DNA of 64,000 bases from Octopus sinensis (taxonomy: Eukaryota), in assembly GCF_006345805.1 (NCBI RefSeq), contig NC_043015.1:4278001-4342000 (forward strand), in the 5' to 3' direction. The notes under the pieces are model-generated. The model did no database searches and had not been told where the DNA came from. It was given only the letters and a program-made list of their open reading frames with translations. The first letter of the stretch is position 1; each line of letters begins with the position of its first letter. Positions 26,811 to 39,370 of this stretch are shown piece after piece. The position numbers and the translations under genes are program-made.

Positions 26811-26878
26811 TTATCATCATCATCATCATCAACGCTGTGTGGGCACGTATGGGTGTGTGTGTTCATGTGTTGTGTCGG

Positions 26879-26967
<89 letters not shown>

Positions 26968-27837
26968 GTATGTATGTATTTATACACGCACACACATACA
27001 CACAAATACATACCTACAAAATGGAGAGAGAGACAGAATGAGAGAATGGAAATATTAATTTCCAAGAATAATAAGACTCCAAAGTATAGAAACTCGAATG
27101 AGAACTGTATTTTCATAACCGCACCTTTATTACGGAAAATATTAACATCTTATTCACATTGCATTTAGAAGAGGTAACCTTCCTGATGATATTAGGAATT
27201 TTTATTATAAAACTATGTTGGAAAAACTGCAGGGGATTTTTTTGAAACCTAAAAGCAATAAATTTGTATAGATGGAAGGAGTGTTTTATTCTAAAAAGCA
27301 TTAAGCCTATAAAGTTGTGTTCGAGCAAGATGTGATGTATTTTCGATATAAGTGACATATATAAAATTATTTGCATATGAACGTCATCGCATTCGATGCC
27401 ATTCTCACATCATATTCATTCCAGAACTATGATTAAGCAATATGAAGTATGTAATGTCCATTGCAAGTCTTATATGACATTCGTAATCATAAAAGGTGTA
27501 CTCTTTATCTGCTTTGATAGGGCGATATTTGAATGAAGAGGAATTGACAAGAAAAAAATTCCAACAGTAGAGTTTCTGCACAAGGTTCCCTATATAATAT
27601 TTTTCTTTATTTGATTTTTTTTCCTTCACAAAATAACTGCACTTTCTTATACATTCAAATATCAAGCTGATGAATAGAGGAAGGATAATGGAAGATTCAA
27701 GGGAAAAACTAAAGCTTATTGATATAGATGTGGATATCTCCAACACAATAATTGCAACCAAATATCCCTGGATTCTTAGTACACATATGCAGAAATGTTC
27801 GCACCACATTGTTTACGGATCTGTTTAGCCATCTCCG

Positions 27838-27952
27838 TATCTATCTATCTATCTATCCCTCTAGTCAGATAGATAGATAGATAAATAGATGGATGGATAG
27901 ATAGCTAGATAGATAGATGGATGGAAGGATGGAGAGATATATATATAGAGAG

Positions 27953-28022
<70 letters not shown>

Positions 28023-28039
28023 GTAGGTAGGTAGGTAGG

Positions 28040-28079
<40 letters not shown>

Positions 28080-28100
28080 CCGACAGACAGACAGATAGAT
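27838..28100. repeat. (GATA)n/(GGTA)n/(GACA)n tetranucleotide repeat
   Basis: Direct inspection. Confidence 0.95.
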
Positions 28101-28632
28101 AGTATGCTACATACACACATATAACACACGCAAACAAACATACATGCATATAGGTTAATCTCCCTGCAAACCCCCAAACTTGAGCATCATTGAAGGAACT
28201 GTTTGTTATCATCCACTGACCAAGATTCCAAGCACTTCTAAAACAAAATTAGATAATAAAAAGCTGCAATACAGATGACATCATGTAGAGCTACACGAGA
28301 TTTAACTAAGCCAGGATTCAGGCAAACTTTCAAGATTCAAGGTCAGCTTTTTTCATTGGATTCGCTCTCTGCTATATATGTGAAAGGAAACACCAAACTC
28401 GGCCTTTCATTCTTTATAATCTGCACCTGTATTTTCGTTACGAAATAAGATACACAAAACGTGTTTTTGAATTATGTGTATTTATATATATGAGTTGAAA
28501 GGTTTCTTTCAACATTTCACTTATGTCTGTATCCCATGCTGGCATGATTTGGCGAGTTACTAATGTAGAAAGTTTGTATCTCAGCTACTAGCAGTTGAGA
28601 CCTGCGTAATCTATTCTCTTAACCCGGGCTAC

Positions 28633-28672
<40 letters not shown>

Positions 28673-29024
28673 AAATATAAAGTTGAGAATGGCACAGAAG
28701 CATATTTTAGGGGAGGTTTGACATTTTGGGGACGGCGATTCAAAATATAACCGATTTCGATGTATCCATTTTATCAAATATTAGAAAAAAATACTTTGGG
28801 AATTGAGAACAGTTGCTTTTAAGTCATCTTCATATATATATATATACATATATTGTGAGTATGTGGTTTTCAGGTGATCTTCAAAAATTCAAGGTCCAGT
28901 AATAGTAGTGAAAATACATCTTTTAAATTGAAAGGGAGACTCCTTATTCATATTTTGGCCAGATGTGTGTGTATGTTTGTTTTTGTAATATATTCTCGGA
29001 ATTTTGTTTTCTTTTTTTTCCCAA

Positions 29025-29077
<53 letters not shown>

Positions 29078-30039
29078 CCCCTTTGTTTGCATTTAATAAG
29101 ACCATCTTAGTTCTTTATGACATCTTAACAGCATGATCTTGTGTATGTATGTCCGTGAGAGCACTCGAGTTTCTGTCTATGCTCATTTGTAAAAATGTTT
29201 TTCTCATGTGTATACTAATCTTTTTTTTTCCATTTTATCTTTCATTTCGTATCCATTGTCTTGTTTTATCTTTTGTTACTTAACATTATGTCATGTATTC
29301 GATATGCAATATAGCCAGACACATTAACCAGTTATAACCCGGAAATCTTATCCATACTCTGTATGTATATCCAACAACCTACTAGCAACAGGGGATATTT
29401 AGTTAGGTAAGATCTTTAAAGGGAGACAGCTGACGAGAGGCAAATCAGTTATACTATATCGGTTATACAATATCCCAAAGGCAAGAGACAGTCACATAAT
29501 GTGTTGAATCGATCGTATGATGAATAGTTTAACGTGAGCTCCATTTTCGGTTTCCCTCGTTATATTATATATACATACATAGACTGAAAGAGAGAGAGGG
29601 GGGAAGGGAGAGAGCGAGACATACATTATTAAACAGATACTTACTTGTCACTTTAAGTTTAATCAGAGTTACATAAAATCAACGAGAATTTGAAGGCGCT
29701 CAATTATGGAGAATTGTATATCGTGATTGATGTTTATTAATTGTCAAAATGAGTATCATATAATTGCCCATAAATAGCACAGATTTTGCTATTTGCTGAT
29801 ATGTCATAATCTTTAATTAGATATTTAAGCAGTAATTAATTGCACACTTTCGTTTCTGTTGCTATAATTTTTGGGAAATGTATGCACAAACACACACACA
29901 CACAAACATGTATATATATCGTCTTGCCTCAATAGTCCCCACCGTGTGTTTTTACTGTCTTGTTCTCATTGTCCTGTTCATGTTACCACTTTAACTCTCC
30001 GCAAAAAATCTCAAATTTTATTTAATTTGTTTTGCGGAA

Positions 30040-30328
<289 letters not shown>

Positions 30329-30730
30329 ATTATATATGTGTGTATTTGCGCGCGCGTGTGTGTGTGCATGTAACTGTGTGCATGTGTGCATGTATGGAAG
30401 AGAATTTGATCGATGTTAAAGATAGGGAATTTTAAAAAATAAACCAGACTACTTTTCAGACTGAATTGCGGCTTCTCACTTGCGTATTACCCCAATCTTT
30501 TATCCCTTTAATGATTCAGCCCTACTATGCACTTTACATTGCGCATTATCTCTCAAACTAGCTCTGCAAATTGTCTTCAGAAATCAGTCATTTTGTACAA
30601 CTCTCTCATTGAACCCACACTTTTTTAGCATCACTTTTACTCTTCTAATACTCAACTGTTACTAAAGCAACCCTATAAAACAATATGCCCTGCCACCCAT
30701 GGGAAATTTACGTGATAAAAACTTATGTTA

Positions 30731-31081
30731 GTTTTCACCCGTCAGGCGTGCAATGTCTGAATATTTTTTTCTATTCAATAGTACCTAGCATTCGTTTGTA
30801 ATTTCATATCCCATAAAGTAGACTTTTGTCGTTTCTGTTCATTTGTCACTCACTCAAAAATTTAACGTTTTATGTCATGCAATCATTTATCGTTTCTCTG
30901 TCTTATGGTGGTTTTCACTCGTCAGGTCTGCACTGTGTGAATCTTTCTCATTCAACAGCACTTTCCGTTCATTTCTAAATTTATATCTGATAAAGTAGAC
31001 TCTTCTCGCTTCTTTTCATTTGTCACTCCATCAAACATGTAACGTTTTCGGTCATGTGATCACTTATCGTTTCTCCGTTTT
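30731..31081. repeat. diverged tandem duplication, 180-bp period
   Basis: GTTTTCAC(C/T)CGTCAGG starts at 30731 and 30911. ATAAAGTAGACT and TTCATTTGTCACTC recur. Confidence 0.85.
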
Positions 31082-31589
31082 GTAACTTCTGTCAGCTACT
31101 GGAGTATCTGTTTTAGCCCTCAATATCGGCTGAAATACGCGTTCCACACAATGAGGCGATGCACATCCTCTTGACACAGACCTAGTAAGTTTTTTCTATC
31201 ACTCACCACATTGATGAACCTAGCACAGGACATAAGGTTAATCGATCCTGCCGACGGTCAAATTTGAAGTTTAAGAAAGACAAGCTTATAATTGCTTATA
31301 ATTCAATTATGTCTCACTTTGCCAAAATATACGGAAATACCTGATCTGGTTTACCTGTTATCAATTTCTTTTCTGCTTACATACATCTTTACATTGCGCG
31401 AGCGCACCCTTGTCTGAGAAGAGAATCATTTCAATGTTGATGGAAATCTATTTTCCCTCTTCAAGTTTGCACCGTAAGCAGATTCGACTTCCCACTTACG
31501 TATATGCGCAACGCTGTTTTCTGTAATTTCTGGTGTTGTGGATTTGGATAAATTACGTACGGGATGGCAATAGTTGCTTTCCCAAGGGC

Positions 31590-31904
31590 GATGGTGATGT
31601 TGATGATGAGGAGGAGGAAGGGAAATAGGAGGTCGACGACGATGATGATGTTGATAATGATGATGATGATAATTATTGTTGTATTTTTGTTGTTATTATC
31701 ATTATCACTATTAATATTATTATTATTATTATTATTATTATCATCATCATCATCAATATCATCATCATCAATATCATCATCATTGTTGTTATTATTATTA
31801 TCATTCGTAGTAGTAGTGGTGGTGGGTGGTGGTGGTAGTAGTTATAGTAGTAGTAGTAATAGTAGTTGTAGTAGTAGCAGCAGCAGCAGCAGCAGAGCAG
31901 CAGT

Positions 31905-31939
<35 letters not shown>

Positions 31940-31945
31940 TCAGTA
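31590..31945. repeat. compound trinucleotide repeats (GAT/ATT/ATC/AGT/AGC)
   Basis: Direct inspection. Confidence 0.9.
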
Positions 31946-32761
31946 AGATGCGGGTGACGAGGATAATGATGAAATATGTGATGGATCGCATGAATATAAA
32001 CTAACAAAACTGAAGAAAACAATAAGCACATACATACATACATATATATCAGTGCATTCTCCAAAACAAAACTCCCGCATTCAAAAGTGTGCCATATTTA
32101 CGCAACCGCATACACACAAATGTAAAAATCAAATATTTTCCCGCTGATACTAAGTAATATAGCAATTATAGACCAACACAAACAATCAAAACCCATAACT
32201 AATGAGCATATAAAGGAATAAATCGAGGCGTAAATAATTAGGCAATAAGTAATTCATCTTCTTAAGAGCCCTCATAATATAGTGATGATAAAAATAATCT
32301 TTAATATACTCTCATTGATATACATTATTCTACGCATGAAAGCGTATTTTTCGTCTACTTGCTGGTTTAACTTCTCAACAGGTTCGTTCTTATTTATTAG
32401 GCGATGTACGATACTCTAAAGAAATTTCTGAGGCACTGCTCTGCGCATATATGCGTTCTTGCATCTCTGCTTCCTGTATTATTTCTTTCTGCATCTCTGC
32501 TTCCAACATTTCTCCTTCCTGTCTTGAATTCCTGTTATGAATACCTACCACTGTTCTCTTCTCTCGACTGGTGACATGATGATATATGTTTGTAACTTGT
32601 TTTCAACATTGTACCACAATTTCAATCACAGTATTCCGTAGGAATGACGTTCTTCGAATCCTTACAATATGGATGGAATCTATAAAAGAAATGAAGTACC
32701 TTTGGTTGACGTGTTGTAATAATTTTTGTTATTCGTCTACAGATGATGAAAGGTAAAGACG

Positions 32762-32918
32762 AAATTCCGCCGAGGTCGACTTTACCTTTCATCCATTCGG
32801 GGTCGATTAAATAAGTACCAGTTACGCACTGGGGTCGAATTATCGACTTGACCCGTTTGTATGTCCTTGTTTGTCCTCTCTGTGTTTAGCCCCTTGTGGG
32901 TAGTAAAGAAATAGGTAT
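32762..32918 (+). mobile_element. SINE group B, 5'-truncated
   Basis: AAATTCCGCCGAGGTCGACTTTACCTTTCATCC...AAAGAAATAGGTAT; very similar to 63142-63369. Confidence 0.88.
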
Positions 32919-33229
32919 AGATCTCTCACGCTGTCTGTCGCTCTCTTGCTCTCTCCCGTTCCCCTCTCTCCCTCCCTCTCTCATTCTCTCCCTCCCTCTC
33001 TCGCTCTTTCGATCTCCCGCTCTCTCTGACGTCTTTCTCTATGAACGTATCTATGCATGTCTGTGTCTATCTATTTCTGTATATACAAATACATAAGTAT
33101 TCAAGACTGTTTTCATGCTTTGAAAAATGAATTTTAAATATATTTATTTTGCTGTTTATTCATCTCTTTTATTTGGAAATACACGTCATTTGTTTTTAAT
33201 GGTATTTCATATATACTTCAAACATTTCC

Positions 33230-33871
33230 TTTCACTGTTCACTAGAGAGTAATTATTTTCATATCTGTGAACCAGCAGACATTTCATTGGCAGAATTGCA
33301 TTGGCATTAAATGAATATTTAATGTAAAATCTAATAAATACATAATAATGTGTGGAGGAAAATATTTCATTCTCGAAGTTTTTATAAATAAAATTTTGTA
33401 TGGACCTTTGATTGCACGATATATTATATAGTCATGAAGCGACCTGGTTTAGATCCTACGTTATGGGTGAAAACATGATTTGTTTTTCAAGAGACTTTGT
33501 ATGGTGAGAATGTTGATTCATTTGGTGGGGTGGGATAGAGATATAATATGTTTCACTGTTCACTAGAGAGTAATTATTTTCATATCAGTGAACCACCAGA
33601 CATTTCATTGGCAGAATTGCATTGACATTAAATGAATATTTAATGTAAAATCTAATAAATACATAATAAGGTGTGGAGAAAAATATTTCATTCTCGAAGT
33701 TTTTATAAATAAAATTTTGTATGAACCTTTGATTGCACGATATATTATATAGTCATGAAGCGACCTGGTTTAGATCCTACGTTATGGGTGAAAACATGAT
33801 TTGTTTTTCAAGAGACTTTGTATGGTGATAATGTTGATTCATTTGGTTGGGTGGGATAGAGATATAATATG
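33230..33871. repeat. near-identical tandem duplication, 2 x 321 bp
   Basis: Units 33230-33550 and 33551-33871. I count about 8 substitutions and no indels. Confidence 0.95.
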
Positions 33872-34404
33872 TGGTAACAACTTCATCGAATTTGAAATAC
33901 TATTATATAATTGTATATTAACTTGTCAGAACAATAGAAATCAGTCTGTATCATTATTATAATATATTAATTTGAGGGTAATAAAGGAAATAATTCACTC
34001 ATAGATGTATCCATTGTGTATGTGAGGGATTTTGTGTAGCTGTGTCTAAGAAAAAGTAAATACATTCACTGGAGATTCTCCTACTGAAAAGTGAATTCAA
34101 TTCTATTGTAAATTTCAACTTAACAAGTGAAAGCACTTAACTAATCTTTCGTACCATTCTATCTTCTAATCGAAAGCCCCAAAAGCCGGTCCATTTACAT
34201 CGATGTTATATCTCAAAACCACTATCGGCTGTAATTGCTTCCTTTGTCTTTCAGCCTGGGAAACAAAGAAAAATAATATCATTGATTAGTGAATTGGAAA
34301 TTTTGAATAATTGAGAAGTACCAATATATCAAAATGGATATTTTACTATGATTTTACACAGACACACACAACCACGCACACACACAAACATACACACACG
34401 CACA

Positions 34405-34575
34405 CACCCATACATAGTGGAAATTCTGAGGAAAAAAGATGGAGACAGGTATATGAACAACGAGCATGTGTATTAGTTTGATGCTAGGGAACATTAAAAT
34501 GTATTTCACGTTACGAGCCTACGTGCTTCAACAGAAACGAATAAGGGAAAATAGAACAAATAGAAAAACATCTCT
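34405..34575 (-). mobile_element. short non-coding element with decayed hammerhead-like motif (family of 48618-48802)
   Basis: Shares GACAGGT..AACAA..ATGT(G)TATTAGT..ACGTT(A/T)CGAG(C/T)CTACG..CTTC(A/T)ACAGAAA with 48618-48802. Confidence 0.65.
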
Positions 34576-34645
34576 GTGTGTGCATGTGTGTGTGATTTTG
34601 TGTAGGTGTGTGTGTGTGTGCGTGCGTGTGTGTGTGTGTGTGTAC

Positions 34646-34927
<282 letters not shown>

Positions 34928-35127
34928 TATATATACATCAGAGCATGTATGTTTGTGTGTGTGTGTGTGTGTAAATAGATAGATAGATAGATACGTACAT
35001 ACGTACTGTATGTATTAATACATGCATACGAGACGTATAGACATGTACATATTTTTGTATGCGTCTGTGTATGTCTCTATGTGTAAATATACATTGGTCT
35101 ATCATTACAATCTGCATACAATGAAAA

Positions 35128-35181
35128 CAACGTACGTTTCGAATTACATGTGGCCACACAAGATGTGTTTCATCAGCGTTA
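35128..35181 (-). ncRNA. candidate minimal type I hammerhead ribozyme (Penelope/retrozyme type)
   Basis: Minus strand: TAACG-CTGATGA-(29 nt)-GAAA-C-GTA-CGTTG. Intact cores, stem I AACG/CGTT, palindromic ACGT stem III, GUA triplet. Base of stem II is imperfect. Confidence 0.55.
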
Positions 35182-35344
35182 GCTGAGGTTTGCTGAAAAA
35201 GTATCACGAGAGATGATTTGCGTTTCCCTCTTAATACCAGACAAGCTTAAATTTGCAAAGAAAGAAACATTTGGTTAGGTGGCTCTTATTGGACTTCCTC
35301 CTGCAGACTTAAATATCTAGGTGGATACACATGTCCTACAATAC

Positions 35345-35655
35345 CTTCTTCTTCTTCTTCGTCTTCTTCTTCTTCTTCTTCTTCTTCTTCTTCTTCTTCT
35401 TCTTCTTCTTCTTCTTCTTCTTCTTCTTCTTCTTCTTCTTCTTCTTCTTCTTCTTCTTCTTCTTCTTCTTCTTCTTTTCTTCTTCTTCTTTTCTCTTCTT
35501 CTTCTTCTTCTTCTTCTCTTCTTCTTCTTCTGTCTTCTTCTTCTTCTTCTTCTTCTTCGTCTTCTTCTTCTTCTTCTTCTTCTTCTTATCTTCTTCTTCT
35601 GCTCCTTCTTCTTCTTCGTCTTCTTTTTTTTCTTCTTCTTCTTCACCTTCTTCCT
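35345..35655. repeat. (TTC)n/(GAA)n repeat, ~310 bp
   Basis: Direct inspection. Confidence 0.97.
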
Positions 35656-37364
35656 ATTATTTGTTAAGTTCTCTTTTAAGGGGTATTGTATCTATGCAAA
35701 AACTTAGAGGAGAAGGTTAGTCACTTTTCATAGTGCCACAGTTTGATATTAATAATGTTTGAAGCTTGTACTCCCTTAGATTGATATATTGGTATTCCAA
35801 AATGATACCCCATGCTTTTTAGAATAATTAGAATTATTGAGTGAGAGAGAAATCGCTGCCATCAAAATGATACTGAGGTACAAATATACCGAGTCACTCA
35901 TACCCATCATGGCTACAGGTCTGTTAAGGAGGAAACTGACATATGCATCACAACCATATATGTACGATATGGTGTCATACCAAGATAAAAAGGTTAATCT
36001 TTCGTTGTTAATTAATACTTTCAACATTTGTTTCCGTCAACAAGGCAATGCAGATTTTCTGTAATTTACTTGTTTTTACAACCATAACCTATATATCTTC
36101 TTGAGTGCATTTAAATATTCGGTGCTATGGATACACGCATTGAATATATGTCGATAATATTTCTCCTAGTGAGTGCTTTTTTTTGTTTTTCTTGGCTGAA
36201 ATATTTCCTATTGCTTCTCTGTATCGTTCTTCGAGACTTTGTCAGTCATATTCGCATATTTTTCTGTTGACATTTACTTCATTCTCCTTCATCCTCTTGA
36301 TTGAATGTCTGCATTTTACTTTGTAATGCAAATCATGTTAAAAAGAAGATGTTTGGGCAACATACGAAATGTGGAAATGCTGCCGTACTGGCAACTCAGC
36401 GAGTTAAAATAAAAATCAAATTAAAACAATTTTGTATACTGCATCTCAAAACATATGCGTAGATTTGCGATAAATTATTTGTTTATATAAATTTATAGTG
36501 TAAACAAGAAGCACACACATTCGTACCGATATGTCTACGCATTATATAGGTTTGAATCAAAACATTATTAAAAGCATTTTGCAGTATTTTCAAACCCAAA
36601 CATGACTGTACTATGATGACCGAAAGAAGTAGAAAAATATTGCGAGCTAGAACTCGGTTCCTGCATAGATAATGGTCTGTTGTGTAAAATATAGAAGGAA
36701 AACTTTGAAATATTCTCTCTGGATGGTGTGATAAAAAATTTGTTCTAGAATCTGCTTTAATTTGACTACACAATGTACATTCTGAATTAATTACAGACAT
36801 TATGGATTTCACTTCTAATTTTTGAAAATTTACTGTGAACTACAGTCCACTACATGAAAGCCCTAAAATCATATTCATATTTGTCTCATATCAATGGAAG
36901 AAATTAATGTTTTACATAATAGCATTACTAGATTGTACTGTAGCTTTAGGTGTCAGTAACTGACTTATTGAATATATTCACGGTGCAAAATATTATTCAT
37001 TCTTACAAGTGTTACAATCTTCAATATGAGATACCTTCTAATATGCTGAAATTACAGGTTCATAGATTCTATGGCTCTGCTTTCAAGTTCTGTAATATAT
37101 ACGAAACTTGGATTTAACACTCTATATTAAAAAGGGGCATATTAACAATTTTCTCACTCCAAGCAGCAGATAGAAATATGTACTACAATATCATAGAACA
37201 TAATTTACAAAAGACTAATATTTACCAAAGATTTATAAATGAGTAGTATTCACCATTGGTTAACTAAATATTTTAAAATGTGTTGTAGCATTAAGATGAT
37301 GTCATTTCAGCTAGCACTTGATATATGCTGAAGAAGGATTGTTCCAGTCTAAATATATATGGGT

Positions 37365-37580
37365 GTCGAATTTTGGTACAATGCCTGCAATTTTGGAGGT
37401 GGGTGGTTAAGTCGAAAACATGGAGTACAACATTAACATGGTACTTATTTTATCGATCTCGAAATAATGAAAGGCTAAGTCGATCTCAGAGGAATTTGAT
37501 TTCAGAATGTAAACTCGGACATAACTAAGCTTATCACGGCAATTTTCCCGACGTTCTAACGATTTTCAGCTCGCTGCATT
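37365..37580 (-). mobile_element. SINE group B, degenerate
   Basis: GGTACTTATTTTATCGA..ATGAAAGGCTAAGTCGATCTC..GGAATTTGA. Confidence 0.7.
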
Positions 37581-39094
37581 AGTGCTCAATATACTTTGTA
37601 AACTAATTCACCATCGTTAAATATCTCATATCCTGTGCTGTAATGACCATCACTAACTCCATGCAAAATATGTTATACAATTGACTTGCCACTTCGAATT
37701 CACTTGCTACATTTTAAAGTTCACCGATAGCTTTCAACGCTTGCATTTGCATACAGAACTCGAGACAGAACGTGAAGTGTTTCGATGTTGGTTTTCGTGG
37801 CGAACATCAAATAGCTTATTAGTTGATGCATTTTCACAGTTAAAATGATGTTTTCTAAGCTAACAATAGCATCAGAAACATTTAAGATGAAAAATGTTAC
37901 TCTTCATATATCATTTACTCTCTTAATCTGACGTAATTACAGTAATGTTTATAATTATATATGGCTTAACGCAACTTCTAATGATAATTTATTAATTATG
38001 TAATTGTGTAACGACTAAAAAGATACAATTCCTAACAATAGCTTTGATGTTATATGTCTATGAGTGTGTTTGTGTGTGTGTTTAATGTATGAGTGTGTGT
38101 GTTTAATGTATGAGTGCGTGTTCATATATGCTTTTATCTATGTGCGTGTGAATGTGTGTGCGCGAGCACTCCTGTGTATACAGAAACATTCAAACGCTCA
38201 CAAATATCTGCCTTTGTGAATGAGAATGTGTGGCGTGTTGTTTGTGTATTAGATGCTTAGGAACGATATATAATGTATGATATTAAATTACGAGAAAAAA
38301 GAAAGAAAATAACCACTCGATATAAGCTATAAACTGTAACGGAAGATGGCAAAGAAATTATCAATAATTTTCCTAAAATTTAATATATACACAGGATTTT
38401 ATGATAACATTTAAGGGGAAATTGTTTGATCTGAAAATTAACAAATATTGTATTTATTAAATGTAACTATCTTTTCATGCTGAATATTTTATTTACTTTT
38501 TTAGCATGCGGTCTAACGTTTGTAATTCTATGTGGAAAACAAATATTACTTGTTCCGATATTAAATTGTGTAGTAAATTCAAAATGAAAGCAGATGATAG
38601 GTCGTTAATTTGAACAAATAAAAAGGCTCTGATATATTTCAAATAAAAGAGAACCTTTAAAATAACGGATATTAATTAATTAAATATTACGTTCTTAGAT
38701 CAAAGGCCTTATTACCATTTAACGTCAACCTTTGTCGTTGAATGACTTTTAAGTTATGTTTCTCACTAAAAATAAAATGATATAAAATTGATATATACAA
38801 AAAAAAAGGATTGAAAGACAGACAGATAGAAAGAAAGTAGCAAAAGAGAAACACAGAAAGTAAGAAGTACTGAATGCCTGAAGGAAGAAAAAAGAAAGCG
38901 AAAATGGAAAAGATAACTTAGCATAAAGGCAGAGAGGAAAGGGAAAATGGAGAGTATAAAGAGTGAAAGGCAACCGAGACTGATAGTTGAAATGGTGTGT
39001 GGAATGGAGTAAATATCCATTGGTAATATATAATTATACAGCAGTATTTCCACCATGAATCCATAATAAGAAATACCGACGAAGAAGAAAGAAC

Positions 39095-39370
39095 AGCAAA
39101 CAGCAACAGATGTTGCCGCATATTGCAATCCAGTTAAATCGTCACACATGGAAATTTTTAGGATTCTTAGAAGCGTTTACTCGGTTATTATATCTCGATG
39201 GTTCTTCAATGATATGCTAAATCACTTCCTTAGCAAACAGCCAGCAGATGTTGCCACAAATTACAATCCAGTGAAGTCACACATGAAAATGTTTAGGATC
39301 CACAGATGTATTTATTTGTTTATTATATCTCACTTGTTCTTCAACGATATGCTGCATTGCTTCCTTTGCA
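39095..39370. repeat. diverged tandem duplication, 137-bp period
   Basis: AGCAAACAGC..CAGATGTTGCC..CAATCCAGT..GTCACACATG..TTATTATATCTC..GTTCTTCAA.GATATGCT at 39095 and 39232. Confidence 0.85.

Noticed and set aside
32390-32580. Minus-strand stretch EGEMLEAEMQKEIIQEAEMQER with a 30-bp repeat
   Set aside because: Short and stop-bounded, with no in-frame splice context or recognisable family.
36483-36812. 109-aa ORF and similar 60-130 aa AT-rich ORFs (e.g. 18853-19167, 42172-42465, 55856-56251)
   Set aside because: No motifs or recognisable homology; compatible with chance ORFs or very old repeat relics.
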